Shown here piece after piece: positions 9,183 to 18,609 of a stretch of 64,000 bases of DNA. Origin of the DNA: an uncultured Oscillospiraceae bacterium (GTDB lineage: Bacteria; Bacillota; Clostridia; Peptostreptococcales; Anaerovoracaceae). The translations under genes and the position numbers were made by a program. The notes under the pieces were generated by a model. The model did not search any database. It was not told the origin of the DNA and worked only from the letters and a program-made list of their open reading frames with translations. Each line of letters opens with the position of its first letter. Positions within the stretch are counted from its first letter, which is position 1. Where the stretch lies: contig CAZDQV010000001.1 of NCBI GenBank assembly GCA_964507795.1, positions 578 through 64,577 on the forward strand. The letters are read 5' to 3'.

Positions 9183-10415
9183 ATGGCAGAATATATAATG
9201 GCGCAGGCAAACGGAAGGAAAATCCCAAAAGAGGATAAAATATTTGGAATAAGCACAAGAGCAAAGCAGATGATTGCAGACAAAGGCAAGGAGAACGTAG
9301 TCAATGCTACAATAGGTGCACTTCTTGATGACAATGGTGATTTGATTGTTTTATCATCAGTTGTTGAAGAACTCAAAAAACTCAATCCTACAGATTTTGC
9401 AGAATACGCTCCTATAGGAGGCATACCTGAATTCAAAAAAACAATTCAAAAGGCCGCATTCGGAAGTTTCGTTCCCAAGTGCTTTACAGAAGCAGTTGCA
9501 ACCCCTGGCGGCACAGGCTCAATCAGAAATACTGTATCAAACTACTCAAAACCGGGAGATGTAGTGCTTACAGCAGACTGGTACTGGGCACCATATAACA
9601 ATATAGCACAGGAACAGGGTAGAACCCTTGAAACATACGAGCTTCTGAACAAAGAAGGCAAATTCAATCAGCAGGGCTTTGATGCAAAGGTTAAAGAGCT
9701 TCTCTCAAAACAGGACTCCCTGGTTATACTGCTAAACACTCCAGCTCATAACCCTACAGGATATTCCCTTACATTAAATGACTGGGACAAAGTAATCGAA
9801 ACACTTTCATCAGCAGGCAGTGACAAAAAAATAACCTTGTTTGTTGATATCGCATACATAGATTTTGCAGGTGATGAGGCAGAATACAGGCAGTTCCTGC
9901 CTAAGCTTGAAACACTTCCTGCAAATGTGCTCCCTGTACTTGGCTACAGTGCATCCAAGACATTCACTCTGTACGGTATGAGATGCGGTGCCATGATATG
10001 CATGGCAAAGACAGCAGAGATAGCAGCAGAATTCAAACAGGTATGCGAATTCTCGGCAAGAGCCACATGGTCAAACAGCACAAGAGCAGCCCAAAAGGTT
10101 ATAGCCAATATCTATGCGGATGAGAAGTTGCTTGCCAAAGTAAACGAAGAAAGAAAACAATACAGAGATATGCTCGTTGCAAGGGGCAGAGCATTTGAAA
10201 AATCAGCAAAGGAAGCAGGTCTTGAAATCGTACCTTTTGATTCGGGGTTCTTTGCATCAATACCTTGTCCTAATCCTGATGAAATAAGCAAAAAACTCGA
10301 AAAAGAAGGCATATTCATAGTTCCTCTTGCAAAAGGCCTCAGAGTATCGGTTGCATCCATATCGGAAGCAAGATGCGCAGAAATTCCGTTCAAAATTGCA
10401 CAGGCAATGAAATAA
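9183..10415 (+). CDS. class I (AspC/TyrB-like) pyridoxal-phosphate aminotransferase
   Basis: GGTGSIR, NTPAHNPTG and the PLP-lysine motif SASKTFTLYGMRCG. RBS AAGGAG lies 6 nt upstream. Confidence 0.85.
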   Translation: MAEYIMAQANGRKIPKEDKIFGISTRAKQMIADKGKENVVNATIGALLDDNGDLIVLSSVVEELKKLNPTDFAEYAPIGGIPEFKKTIQKAAFGSFVPKCFTEAVATPGGTGSIRNTVSNYSKPGDVVLTADWYWAPYNNIAQEQGRTLETYELLNKEGKFNQQGFDAKVKELLSKQDSLVILLNTPAHNPTGYSLTLNDWDKVIETLSSAGSDKKITLFVDIAYIDFAGDEAEYRQFLPKLETLPANVLPVLGYSASKTFTLYGMRCGAMICMAKTAEIAAEFKQVCEFSARATWSNSTRAAQKVIANIYADEKLLAKVNEERKQYRDMLVARGRAFEKSAKEAGLEIVPFDSGFFASIPCPNPDEISKKLEKEGIFIVPLAKGLRVSVASISEARCAEIPFKIAQAMK

Positions 10416-10440
10416 AATATTAAAGAGAAAAGGTGGAAAA

Positions 10441-11871
10441 ATGTTCAAGAGCGTAAAAGATGTAAGAGCATATTGCGAAAAAAACAAAATTGAAATGATT
10501 GATTTCAAAATGATTGACATCAACGGAAGATGGCGTCATCTTGCCTTTCCATGGCAGCGTCTTACCGAAGAAACAATGAAATACGGTATAGGCTTTGACG
10601 GATCCAATTACGGATATGCAGCAGTTGAAAAATCAGACATGGTATTTATACCCGATCTTTCGACAGCAGTTATTGACCCGTTTATGGAGATACCGACAAT
10701 CACCATGATGGGTGATGTAAAGGTTATAGACCTGCCTGAAAACAGACCTTTTGACCAGTATCCGAGGAATGTTGCAGCTGCAGCACAGGAATACATGAGA
10801 TCAGAGGGTATAGCAGATGAAATGATCATCGGGCCTGAATTTGAATTTTATCTGTTTGACAGAGTCAATTATGAAACCAAGACGCAGGCTGCAGGATTTG
10901 AAGTTGATACGGGATATGCAGAATGGAATTCCGGTGAATATGACAACAATATGGGATATCATGTGCCTGTAAAAGGCGGTTATCATGTTGATATTCCTCA
11001 CGATACGACATATGGACTCAGAAGCCACATCTGTATGCTTTTGGAGAACTGGGGAGTCGGAGTCAAATACCATCATCATGAGGTGGGAGGCCCGGGACAG
11101 GTTGAAATCGAAGTTGAACTTGGACCTATGCTTGAGATGGCAGACAAGACTATGATTGCAAAATATGTAATCAAAAATGCCGCTGCGCAGGCAGGCAAGA
11201 CAGCGACTCTGATGCCAAAACCCATATACAATGAAGCAGGCTCAGGTATGCATGTACATATGCATCTCTTCAAAAAAGGCAAGCCTCTGTTTTATGACAA
11301 AAAAGGATATTCGCAGCTCAGTGATACAGCCATGTATTTCATAGGAGGCCTTCTGAAACATGCATCTTCGCTGTGTGCATTTACAGACCCGTCAACCAAT
11401 TCATACAAAAGGCTTGTGCCGGGATTTGAGGCACCTGTGACGATAGGATTTGCGACAGCCAACAGAAGCTCTGTAATACGTATACCGGCTTATGCCAAAT
11501 CCCCTGAAAACAAGAGATTCGAGCTGAGAAACCCTGATGGCACATGTAACCCGTATTATGCTTATGCTGCAATACTTATGGCGGGCATTGACGGGATTAA
11601 GAACAAAATCGACCCTGTCAAGGAAGGCTGGGGACCGTATGATTTTAACCTTTACAACCTGACAGATGAAGAGAAGGCAAAAATCAAGGGACTTCCAAAA
11701 ACTCTTGATGAAGCACTTGCAGCACTTGACGAGGATCACGATTACCTCACTGCAGGAGGAGTATTCCCAATTGAGCTGATTAAGGTATGGAGAGATAACA
11801 AGCAAAAGGAAGCTGACTATATCAATGCAATTCCATCATCGGCAGAGTATGAGAAGTATTACGATCTGTAG
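10441..11871 (+). CDS. glnA: type I glutamine synthetase
   Basis: Motifs GPEFEFYLF, GSGMHVHMHL, NRSSVIRIP and FELRNPD. 476 aa. Confidence 0.92.
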   Translation: MFKSVKDVRAYCEKNKIEMIDFKMIDINGRWRHLAFPWQRLTEETMKYGIGFDGSNYGYAAVEKSDMVFIPDLSTAVIDPFMEIPTITMMGDVKVIDLPENRPFDQYPRNVAAAAQEYMRSEGIADEMIIGPEFEFYLFDRVNYETKTQAAGFEVDTGYAEWNSGEYDNNMGYHVPVKGGYHVDIPHDTTYGLRSHICMLLENWGVGVKYHHHEVGGPGQVEIEVELGPMLEMADKTMIAKYVIKNAAAQAGKTATLMPKPIYNEAGSGMHVHMHLFKKGKPLFYDKKGYSQLSDTAMYFIGGLLKHASSLCAFTDPSTNSYKRLVPGFEAPVTIGFATANRSSVIRIPAYAKSPENKRFELRNPDGTCNPYYAYAAILMAGIDGIKNKIDPVKEGWGPYDFNLYNLTDEEKAKIKGLPKTLDEALAALDEDHDYLTAGGVFPIELIKVWRDNKQKEADYINAIPSSAEYEKYYDL

Positions 11872-11901
11872 AGATTCAGATAAGGTATTGGAGGTGAGAG
11901 T

Positions 11902-12381
11902 GTGATTCTATATCATGGCAGCAATATAATTGTGGAAACACCGCAGATTATAATTTCAAGCCGTTCTCTTGATTTTGGATCGGGTTTTTATGCCACATCA
12001 AACAGGCAGCAGGCTGAGAGATGGGCAAAACTGAAGACAACACGCAGAAAAAAAGGAAAGGCGCAGCTTTCAATTTACGAGTTTGATGAGAAAAAAGTTG
12101 CTGAGCTTAAGAGTTTGCATTTTTACAGTCCGCAAAGCGACTGGCTGGATTTCGTGACTCAGAACAGAAAGAAGATATATAACGGAGAAAAATTCGATAT
12201 AGTAATCGGACCGGTGGCTAACGATACAACGATGACTGTTTTGTCAGACTATATGGTCGGAAATATATCAGAGGAGGTTGCACTTATTTTGCTGAAACCT
12301 CAAAAATTAGCGGATCAGTATGCCTTTTTGACGTGGGATGGTTTGCAGTGTCTGAAATATCTTGGAGGTGAGAGTGTATGA
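11902..12381 (+). CDS. DUF3990-family protein (PARP/ART-like HGS ... GSGFYAT signature)
   Basis: The N-terminus MILYHGSNIIVE ... LDFGSGFYATSN is the hallmark of DUF3990 proteins. GTG start follows GGAGGTGAG. The stop overlaps the next start (GTATGA). Confidence 0.7.
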   Translation: MILYHGSNIIVETPQIIISSRSLDFGSGFYATSNRQQAERWAKLKTTRRKKGKAQLSIYEFDEKKVAELKSLHFYSPQSDWLDFVTQNRKKIYNGEKFDIVIGPVANDTTMTVLSDYMVGNISEEVALILLKPQKLADQYAFLTWDGLQCLKYLGGESV

Positions 12382-12644
12382 AAGAAAGGACAAGACCGTC
12401 AATTATGCAGAATTTTGACGCTGAACTTGCCGAAATGATTTCTAAAGCCAGAAGCGTTTCACCTATGGATGGTTTGAGGATTTTCTTGAAGTCACAGACT
12501 CACGAAATGCTCCTTGACAATGACTTGAGAATGTGGTATTTCAGTCCTTATGCTATATTTGATATGTGGGAATATGAAGAAGCGACCGGAGACCCCCGCA
12601 ATTCGCTTTATCTGAGAGGTGATGAACTTGTCGAAAGAATTTAA
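12378..12644 (+). CDS. small helical protein, partner of DUF3990 (possibly DUF3791-related)
   Basis: 88 aa. The ATG overlaps the upstream stop, and the 3' end overlaps the next ORF by about 20 nt. No motif recognised with certainty. Confidence 0.5.
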   Translation: MKERTRPSIMQNFDAELAEMISKARSVSPMDGLRIFLKSQTHEMLLDNDLRMWYFSPYAIFDMWEYEEATGDPRNSLYLRGDELVERI

Positions 12645-12837
12645 GTTTTTTGTGTATCTGCTGGAAAGCTACGCGGCACATAAGGAAACAACAGCGGACA
12701 AGGTACTTGAAACACTGGACGAAAAGAACCTTACAGAGTTTGTGTACAATATGTATGAACTATATCATGTTGAAGCAATCGAAAACGCTTTTCTTGACCT
12801 TGACAGCCTGATTGAAACAGGCAGGCCGGCATACTGA
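12622..12837 (+). CDS. DUF3791-family small protein
   Basis: EFKFFVYLLESYAAHKETTADKVLETLDEKNLTEFVYNMYELYH resembles DUF3791 proteins, which usually flank DUF3990 genes. The start is ambiguous (GTG 12619, ATG 12622 or TTG 12628). Confidence 0.6.
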   Translation: MNLSKEFKFFVYLLESYAAHKETTADKVLETLDEKNLTEFVYNMYELYHVEAIENAFLDLDSLIETGRPAY

Positions 12838-12864
12838 TACAAAATGCAGTATGTGTATTTTCGC

Positions 12865-12892
12865 TTGACTTTTGGCAAAAATAATATAGACT
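12865..12892 (+). promoter_or_regulatory. candidate promoter of the valS leader (TTGACT-16-TAGACT)
   Basis: TTGACT at 12865-12870 and TAGACT at 12887-12892, about 40 nt upstream of the T-box stem I. Confidence 0.4.
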
Positions 12893-12934
12893 AATACATG
12901 TGGGCAGATTATGCCTGCTGTATTAAATTAATAA

Positions 12935-13140
12935 AAACGGTGATGAAGAGGAGTAGTAACAAGAGCACCTTACAGAGAGTGGAGCAGGGCTGAGAGCTTC
13001 GCAGGAATTGCGTGTTACGAAGGTTGCTTCTGAGTTTTGCAATAAATGAGTGTCTGCATATATTGTATGCAGGAACAAAGGTGGTACCGCGGAAATATTT
13101 CGTCCTTTGCAGCCGGCCTGCAAAGGGCGTTCTTGTATTT
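12935..13140 (+). promoter_or_regulatory. T-box riboswitch leader, valine specifier (GUU)
   Basis: GA/K-turn start GGTGATGAAGAGGAGTAGTA, then an AGAGAG bulge and GGGCTGAGAGC distal region. Specifier GTT-A at 13014-17, stem III CTGCATA/TATGCAG, and the T-box sequence AAAGGTGGTACCGCGG at 13077-13092. The terminator is CCTTTGCAG/CTGCAAAGG plus a T-rich tail at 13104-13140. Confidence 0.9.
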
Positions 13141-13182
13141 GCAAACCGGCAACATAAACTATTTAAACAAGGAGATTATCGA

Positions 13183-15876
13183 ATGGAAAAGAACTTGGCA
13201 AAAACATACAATCCTAAGGATTTTGAAGACAGAATCTATGAGATGTGGGAGCAAAAAGGCGCTTTCAGAGCAGAAGTGGACAAAAGTAAGAAGCCATATA
13301 CTATAGTAATGCCGCCTCCAAATATTACAGGACAGCTTCATATGGGACACGCTCTTGACCAGACCCTTCAGGACGTTCTGACAAGATGGAAAAGAATGCA
13401 GGGCTACAGTGCGCTGTGGCTTCCGGGATCGGATCACGCCAGCATAGCCACAGAGGTTAAGGTAGTAGACAAGATCAGAGCAGAAGAAGGCCTCGAAAAA
13501 GAAGATCTTGGCAGAGAGGAATTTCTCAAAAGAGCATGGGCATGGAAAGAAGAATACGGCGGACGTATCACTAAACAGTGCCGTAAGCTGGGAGATTCAT
13601 GCGACTGGGAAAGAGAACGCTTTACAATGGACGAGGGCTGCAACCGCGCAGTAAGAACTCTGTTTGTGCAGCTTTACGAAAAAGGCCTTATATACAGAGG
13701 CAACCGCCTTATCAACTGGTGCCCTCAGTGCGGCACATCGCTGTCTGATGCAGAGGTAGAGCATGAGGACAAAAACGGCAAGTACTGGTATTTCAGATAT
13801 GATGCAGCAACAGAAGGCGGAGACCCTATAATCGTTGCAACATCAAGACCTGAAACAATGTTTGGCGATGTGGCCATAGCAGTGCATCCTGATGATGAAA
13901 GATACAAAGCCATGGTAGGCAAGAAGGTAATACTTCCGCTTGTTGGAACAGAAATCCCAATCATAGCAGACCCTTATCCTGACCCCGAAAAAGGAACAGG
14001 AGCAGTAAAAATAACTCCGGCGCATGACCCTAACGACTTTGAAGTGGGACAAAGACATGGCCTCGATATGCCTTGCTGTATCAACCTTGACGCTACAATG
14101 AATGAGCTTGCAGGCAAATATGAGGGCATGGACAGATACGAATGCCGTAAAGCATGGGTTGAAGATCTTGACAAAGCAGGATTTTTAGTAAAAACAGAAG
14201 AAAAAGTAATACCTATGGGAGAATGCTACAGATGTCATACTACGGTTGAATCTATGCTGTCAGATCAGTGGTTTGTTGCAATGGAGGAACTTGCAAAGCC
14301 AGCCATAGAAGCAGCCCAAAAAGGCAATCTCAAGCATGTGCCTGAGAGATTTGAAAAAATATATCTTCACTGGCTTGAAGAAATCAGAGACTGGTGTATT
14401 TCAAGGCAGCTCTGGTGGGGACACAGAATCCCGGCATACTACTGTCAGGATTGTGGCGAGCTTATGGTATGCCTTGATGAACCTCAAAAGTGCACCAAAT
14501 GCGGCAGCACCAATATCAAACAGGATGAGGACGTGCTTGATACGTGGTTTTCATCTGCACTGTGGCCGTTCTCGACACTGGGCTGGCCGGATAAGACAGA
14601 GGATCTTGACTACTTCTATCCTACAGACGTGCTTGTAACAGGATATGATATAATATTCTTCTGGGTAGTGAGAATGGTATTCTCAGCTCTTGAAACCATG
14701 GGAGAAGTGCCATTCAAATACGTATATGTTCACGGCCTTGTAAGAGATGCCGAAGGCCGCAAGATGAGTAAATCACTGGGTAACGGTATAGACCCGCTTG
14801 AAATAATTGACCAGTATGGTGCAGATGCACTGAGATTTATGCTTACAACGGGTATCACACCGGGTAATGATATGAGATTCAAGACAGACAAGCTTGAATC
14901 TGCGAGAAACTTTGCAAACAAGCTATGGAATGCTTCAAGATTCGTTATTATGAATCTGCAAAACGAAGACGGCAGCTTCAAAGATATAGCAGGCGGTGAC
15001 ATTTCGCAGATGGCACTGCAGGATGAGGACAAGTGGATACTCTCAAGAGTAAACGAAGCCGTTAAATACGTTACTGCGGCAATGGACAGATTTGACCTTG
15101 CCCTTGCGGGACAGAGAGTTTACGATGTGATCTGGAACGAATACTGCGACTGGTATATCGAAATCGTCAAAGGCAGACTGTACGGTGATGATGAAGAGGA
15201 CAAAAAAATAGCAAGATTTGTGCTCATAAGGGCATTAAAGGATATGCTATCGCTGCTTCATCCTTTCATGCCGTTTATAACTGAGGAAATCTGGAGCTAT
15301 CTGCCAAAGGGAGAGGTAAAGGCGGACAATCCTGACAACTTCCTGATCAAATCAAGCTGGCCGGTTTATGATGAAGCTCTCACATATGAAGCAGAAACAG
15401 CAAAACTCGAGCTTGCAATGGAAGCAATCAGAGCAATCAGAAACATCAGAGCGGAAGCAGATGCAGCACCATCCAAAAAACTCAGAGCGGTGATATATGC
15501 GGATGCAGCTGACATGGAGCTTGTTAAATCAGCCGAAAGATATATCAGGGGAATGGCAAACATCACTGAGATAGAGTTTATCACAGACAAGTCAGAGGTT
15601 CCCGAGGATGTAATGTCAGCGGTAATTGCGACAGCCGAAATATATATTCCGTCAGATGATCTGCTTGACTACAAGGCAGAGTTTGAAAGACTCACAAAAG
15701 AAAAGAAAAAACTCGAAGGTGAAGTGGCAAGAGTTACAGGCAAACTGTCAAACCAGGGCTTTGTAAACAAAGCACCCGAAAAAGTAATAGCAGCTGAAAA
15801 AGAAAAGAAAGTCATGTATGAAGATATGCTTGCAAAAGTAATCGAAAGACTTGCCATGGTAGAAAAGAAAATATAA
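13183..15876 (+). CDS. valS: valine--tRNA ligase
   Basis: HIGH motif PPPNITGQLHMGHA, KMSKS motif RKMSKSLGN and a C-terminal coiled coil. ATG 13183 is preceded by AGGAG. The ORF-track start at 13012 would read through the T-box leader. Confidence 0.95.
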   Translation: MEKNLAKTYNPKDFEDRIYEMWEQKGAFRAEVDKSKKPYTIVMPPPNITGQLHMGHALDQTLQDVLTRWKRMQGYSALWLPGSDHASIATEVKVVDKIRAEEGLEKEDLGREEFLKRAWAWKEEYGGRITKQCRKLGDSCDWERERFTMDEGCNRAVRTLFVQLYEKGLIYRGNRLINWCPQCGTSLSDAEVEHEDKNGKYWYFRYDAATEGGDPIIVATSRPETMFGDVAIAVHPDDERYKAMVGKKVILPLVGTEIPIIADPYPDPEKGTGAVKITPAHDPNDFEVGQRHGLDMPCCINLDATMNELAGKYEGMDRYECRKAWVEDLDKAGFLVKTEEKVIPMGECYRCHTTVESMLSDQWFVAMEELAKPAIEAAQKGNLKHVPERFEKIYLHWLEEIRDWCISRQLWWGHRIPAYYCQDCGELMVCLDEPQKCTKCGSTNIKQDEDVLDTWFSSALWPFSTLGWPDKTEDLDYFYPTDVLVTGYDIIFFWVVRMVFSALETMGEVPFKYVYVHGLVRDAEGRKMSKSLGNGIDPLEIIDQYGADALRFMLTTGITPGNDMRFKTDKLESARNFANKLWNASRFVIMNLQNEDGSFKDIAGGDISQMALQDEDKWILSRVNEAVKYVTAAMDRFDLALAGQRVYDVIWNEYCDWYIEIVKGRLYGDDEEDKKIARFVLIRALKDMLSLLHPFMPFITEEIWSYLPKGEVKADNPDNFLIKSSWPVYDEALTYEAETAKLELAMEAIRAIRNIRAEADAAPSKKLRAVIYADAADMELVKSAERYIRGMANITEIEFITDKSEVPEDVMSAVIATAEIYIPSDDLLDYKAEFERLTKEKKKLEGEVARVTGKLSNQGFVNKAPEKVIAAEKEKKVMYEDMLAKVIERLAMVEKKI

Positions 15877-17162
15877 TGAGCGCAATAGACAAGATAAAAG
15901 AATTTAATAAATTCGGCAGTATACTCGGTCTTGAAAGAATGAGCGTGCTTATGGAGCTTCTTGGGAATCCCCAGGAAGCTCTTCGGTGTATTCACGTCGC
16001 GGGTACCAATGGCAAAGGCTCGTGCTGCCGATATATATACGAGGCACTCCTTGCAAACGGATACAAAGCGGGTCTTTACACATCCCCGTTTATAGAGGTG
16101 TTCAATGAAAGAATCCAGTTTGACGGCAGATATATATCAGATGAAGAACTTGAAAAATATACGGGGATTGTTCTTGAAGCTGTTGAAAAAATGATAAAAA
16201 TGGGTTATGATTCTCCTACAGAGTTTGAAGTCATAACAGCGGTCGCATTTGTATATTTCAAAGAAGCGGAGGCAGACTTTGCGGTGCTTGAAGTGGGGCT
16301 TGGAGGCAGAGGTGATTCAACCAATATTATCACTAAGCCTCTTGTCAGTATCGTTACATCGATATCACTTGACCATACCGACAGACTGGGTGATACTTTA
16401 GAGCAGATAGCAGCCGAAAAAGCAGGAATTATTAAACCGGGTGTGCCGGTTGTATCGAATGTACCTGAGCATGAGGCGGCAAAGGTCATAGCAGAGAAGG
16501 CCTACAGGCAGGGGTGCCTGTTTGTGGATGCTTCCAAGATAAAGCCAAAGCATACAGAGGAGTTTCTCGGAGGCTCTGCTGCTGACTTTGAGATAATGGG
16601 TACAGACTACAGCGGAGTTGAGATTTCCATGACAGGGCGGCATCAGATAAGCAATCTTATGACTGCTCTTGCAGCCATAGAGCTTTTGAGAAAACAGAGA
16701 ATAATCAGGATAAACCGCAGCGACCTTTACAGAGGTCTCAAACAGGCTGTACAAATAGGGCGGTTTGAAATATTATCGAAGGAGCCGTATGTAATACTTG
16801 ACGGAGCGCACAACGAAGCCGGCGCTATGGCTTTGGCAGAGGTGATGACAAAATACTTTGCAAGAGACAGAGTGCTTATGGTATGTGGCATACTTGCAGA
16901 CAAGGATGCAGACGGGATTCTCGATAATTTCACACGTATATCATCGCATTTTATTGCCTGCGAACCTGTAAGTGACAGAAAACTTGCGGCAGGCGACCTG
17001 CAGGCCAAAATTGAACAGAGGCAGTGCAGCTGCAGTATAGCAGCTTCTCCGCAGGAGGCGGTGGCAATGGCGGATTTTGCGACAGATAAATACGATGCCG
17101 TCTTGTATGCGGGATCGTTATACTTAATCGGAGAGATAAGGAGGATTATTGGCAATGAGTGA
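15876..17162 (+). CDS. folC: bifunctional folylpolyglutamate synthase / dihydrofolate synthase
   Basis: Mur-ligase P-loop HVAGTNGKGS and DGAHN. Shows the classic valS-folC adjacency, with start and stop overlapping (ATAATGA). Confidence 0.9.
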   Translation: MSAIDKIKEFNKFGSILGLERMSVLMELLGNPQEALRCIHVAGTNGKGSCCRYIYEALLANGYKAGLYTSPFIEVFNERIQFDGRYISDEELEKYTGIVLEAVEKMIKMGYDSPTEFEVITAVAFVYFKEAEADFAVLEVGLGGRGDSTNIITKPLVSIVTSISLDHTDRLGDTLEQIAAEKAGIIKPGVPVVSNVPEHEAAKVIAEKAYRQGCLFVDASKIKPKHTEEFLGGSAADFEIMGTDYSGVEISMTGRHQISNLMTALAAIELLRKQRIIRINRSDLYRGLKQAVQIGRFEILSKEPYVILDGAHNEAGAMALAEVMTKYFARDRVLMVCGILADKDADGILDNFTRISSHFIACEPVSDRKLAAGDLQAKIEQRQCSCSIAASPQEAVAMADFATDKYDAVLYAGSLYLIGEIRRIIGNE

Positions 17163-18099
17163 ACTTAAGCCCAAAAAAGTCCTGCTGTTTTACAATCCGT
17201 TTTCGGGAAACGGAATGTTCAAAAACAATCTGGATCATATTATCGAAAGATATCAGAAGGAAGGATTTATTGTAATGCCCGTCAGAGCCGAAAAAGGCAA
17301 AATATTAAATGCTCTGCTGCCTGAAATAAATCAGGATGAATACAGACAGGTTATCGTTGCAGGCGGTGACGGCACTATCAACATATGTGTCAATGCACTT
17401 CTCAAAAATGACATAGATTTGCCTATCGCAATATTTCCTTCAGGCACAGCTAACGACTTTGCATCATATTTTGAAATGCCAGATACGATAGATGCCATGA
17501 TAGATGTGGCACTGGGAGAATATCAGGTGCCTGTTGATGTGGGCATTGTAAATGGCAAGTATTTCATCAATGTTGCCGCTATGGGCAATATGGTTGACGT
17601 GAGTCAAAAAACAGACCCTGTACTCAAGAACACATTGGGAAGATTTGCATATTATCTCAAAGGTGCATCAGAAGTTACAGAGTTAAAGCCGATAAATGTA
17701 AAGCTGACTACACCTGAGAATGTCTATGAAGAAGAGATGTTCTTCATGATAGTAATGAATGGCACTTCTGCGGGAGGATTCAAAAACGTATCACCTGACA
17801 GTGAGATAAATGATGGACTGTTAAATGTGATACTGTTTCGCAAAATGCCTATACTTGAGATGGTTCCTCTCGGAATCAAAGTACTTCAGGGCGTACATCT
17901 TGAAGACCACAGAGTATTGACATTCAAGACAGACAGACTTCTGATAGAGTCTGATATGGATATACCTACGGATGTTGACGGAGAGCATGGCGAAAAACTC
18001 CCTCTTGAGTTTTCGGTGCTCCGCGACAAAATCAGGGTATTTGTAACCAAATCGGAGCGTGACTATTATGAAAGATTTAAGAATAGCAGTAACGGATGA
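17155..18099 (+). CDS. diacylglycerol/lipid kinase family protein (YegS/DagK-like)
   Basis: VAGGDGTIN motif and GTANDFA. ATG 17155 lies 9 nt after AAGGAGG. The ORF-track TTG 17149 is less likely. Confidence 0.85.
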   Translation: MSELKPKKVLLFYNPFSGNGMFKNNLDHIIERYQKEGFIVMPVRAEKGKILNALLPEINQDEYRQVIVAGGDGTINICVNALLKNDIDLPIAIFPSGTANDFASYFEMPDTIDAMIDVALGEYQVPVDVGIVNGKYFINVAAMGNMVDVSQKTDPVLKNTLGRFAYYLKGASEVTELKPINVKLTTPENVYEEEMFFMIVMNGTSAGGFKNVSPDSEINDGLLNVILFRKMPILEMVPLGIKVLQGVHLEDHRVLTFKTDRLLIESDMDIPTDVDGEHGEKLPLEFSVLRDKIRVFVTKSERDYYERFKNSSNG

Positions 18100-18511
18100 C
18101 TATAATCAGCTTGTGCCCATGTTTATGGCAAACAGGCTTGAATTCAGCGAGGACGAGCCTATACCGACAGATATTGTGAAGTGCTGGCATCTTACAGACG
18201 AGCAGGGTTGCCTGCAGGGAGGCGCAGTGCTTGCCCTTCGTGAGGGACAGTTCATTGTTGACGGTATAGCAGTAAATGAGCCTTATCGCAAAACAGGAGC
18301 AGGCAGGAAACTTCTTGACTGTATTATAGCCGAGACATCATCAAGAGGAGGCAGCAGCATATTTCTTGTTGCCAGAGCGCCGGGATTTTTCAGCAAATCA
18401 GGCTTTGTCACCATCAGTAGAGATGAAGCACCTCAATTCTTTGAATGCTTTACCTGTCCACAGTACGGGACAGAGTGCAGACCTGAGGTTATGAGGCTTG
18501 ACGTTAAATAG
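18068..18511 (+). CDS. GNAT-family N-acetyltransferase
   Basis: Acetyl-CoA motif YRKTGAGRKLL. ATG 18068 lies 8 nt after GGAGCG. Overlaps the kinase gene tail by 32 nt. Confidence 0.75.
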   Translation: MKDLRIAVTDDYNQLVPMFMANRLEFSEDEPIPTDIVKCWHLTDEQGCLQGGAVLALREGQFIVDGIAVNEPYRKTGAGRKLLDCIIAETSSRGGSSIFLVARAPGFFSKSGFVTISRDEAPQFFECFTCPQYGTECRPEVMRLDVK

Positions 18512-18529
18512 AATAAATGATTTGACGGC

Positions 18530-18558
18530 TTGAAAAACTGTGTTTTCTAATCTATAAT
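18530..18558 (+). promoter_or_regulatory. promoter of glyA (TTGAAA-17-TATAAT)
   Basis: TTGAAA at 18530-35, a 17-nt spacer, then TATAAT at 18553-58. Confidence 0.6.
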
Positions 18559-18609
18559 TCTATTAATGACAAAGAAAGGGACGCAGCATGAAACTGCGTG
18601 GTAAAAACT

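Noticed and set aside
13012-13182. The ORF-track N-terminal extension of valS (start 13012).
   Set aside because: This stretch contains the T-box sequence and its terminator. A canonical AGGAG-ATG start at 13183 gives the normal MEKNLAKTYNPKDFE ValRS N-terminus.
18559-18609. A ZTP/THF-type riboswitch upstream of glyA.
   Set aside because: The leader is only about 45 nt, with one small hairpin (ACGCAG-catgaaa-CTGCGT). It is far too short and lacks the conserved motifs.
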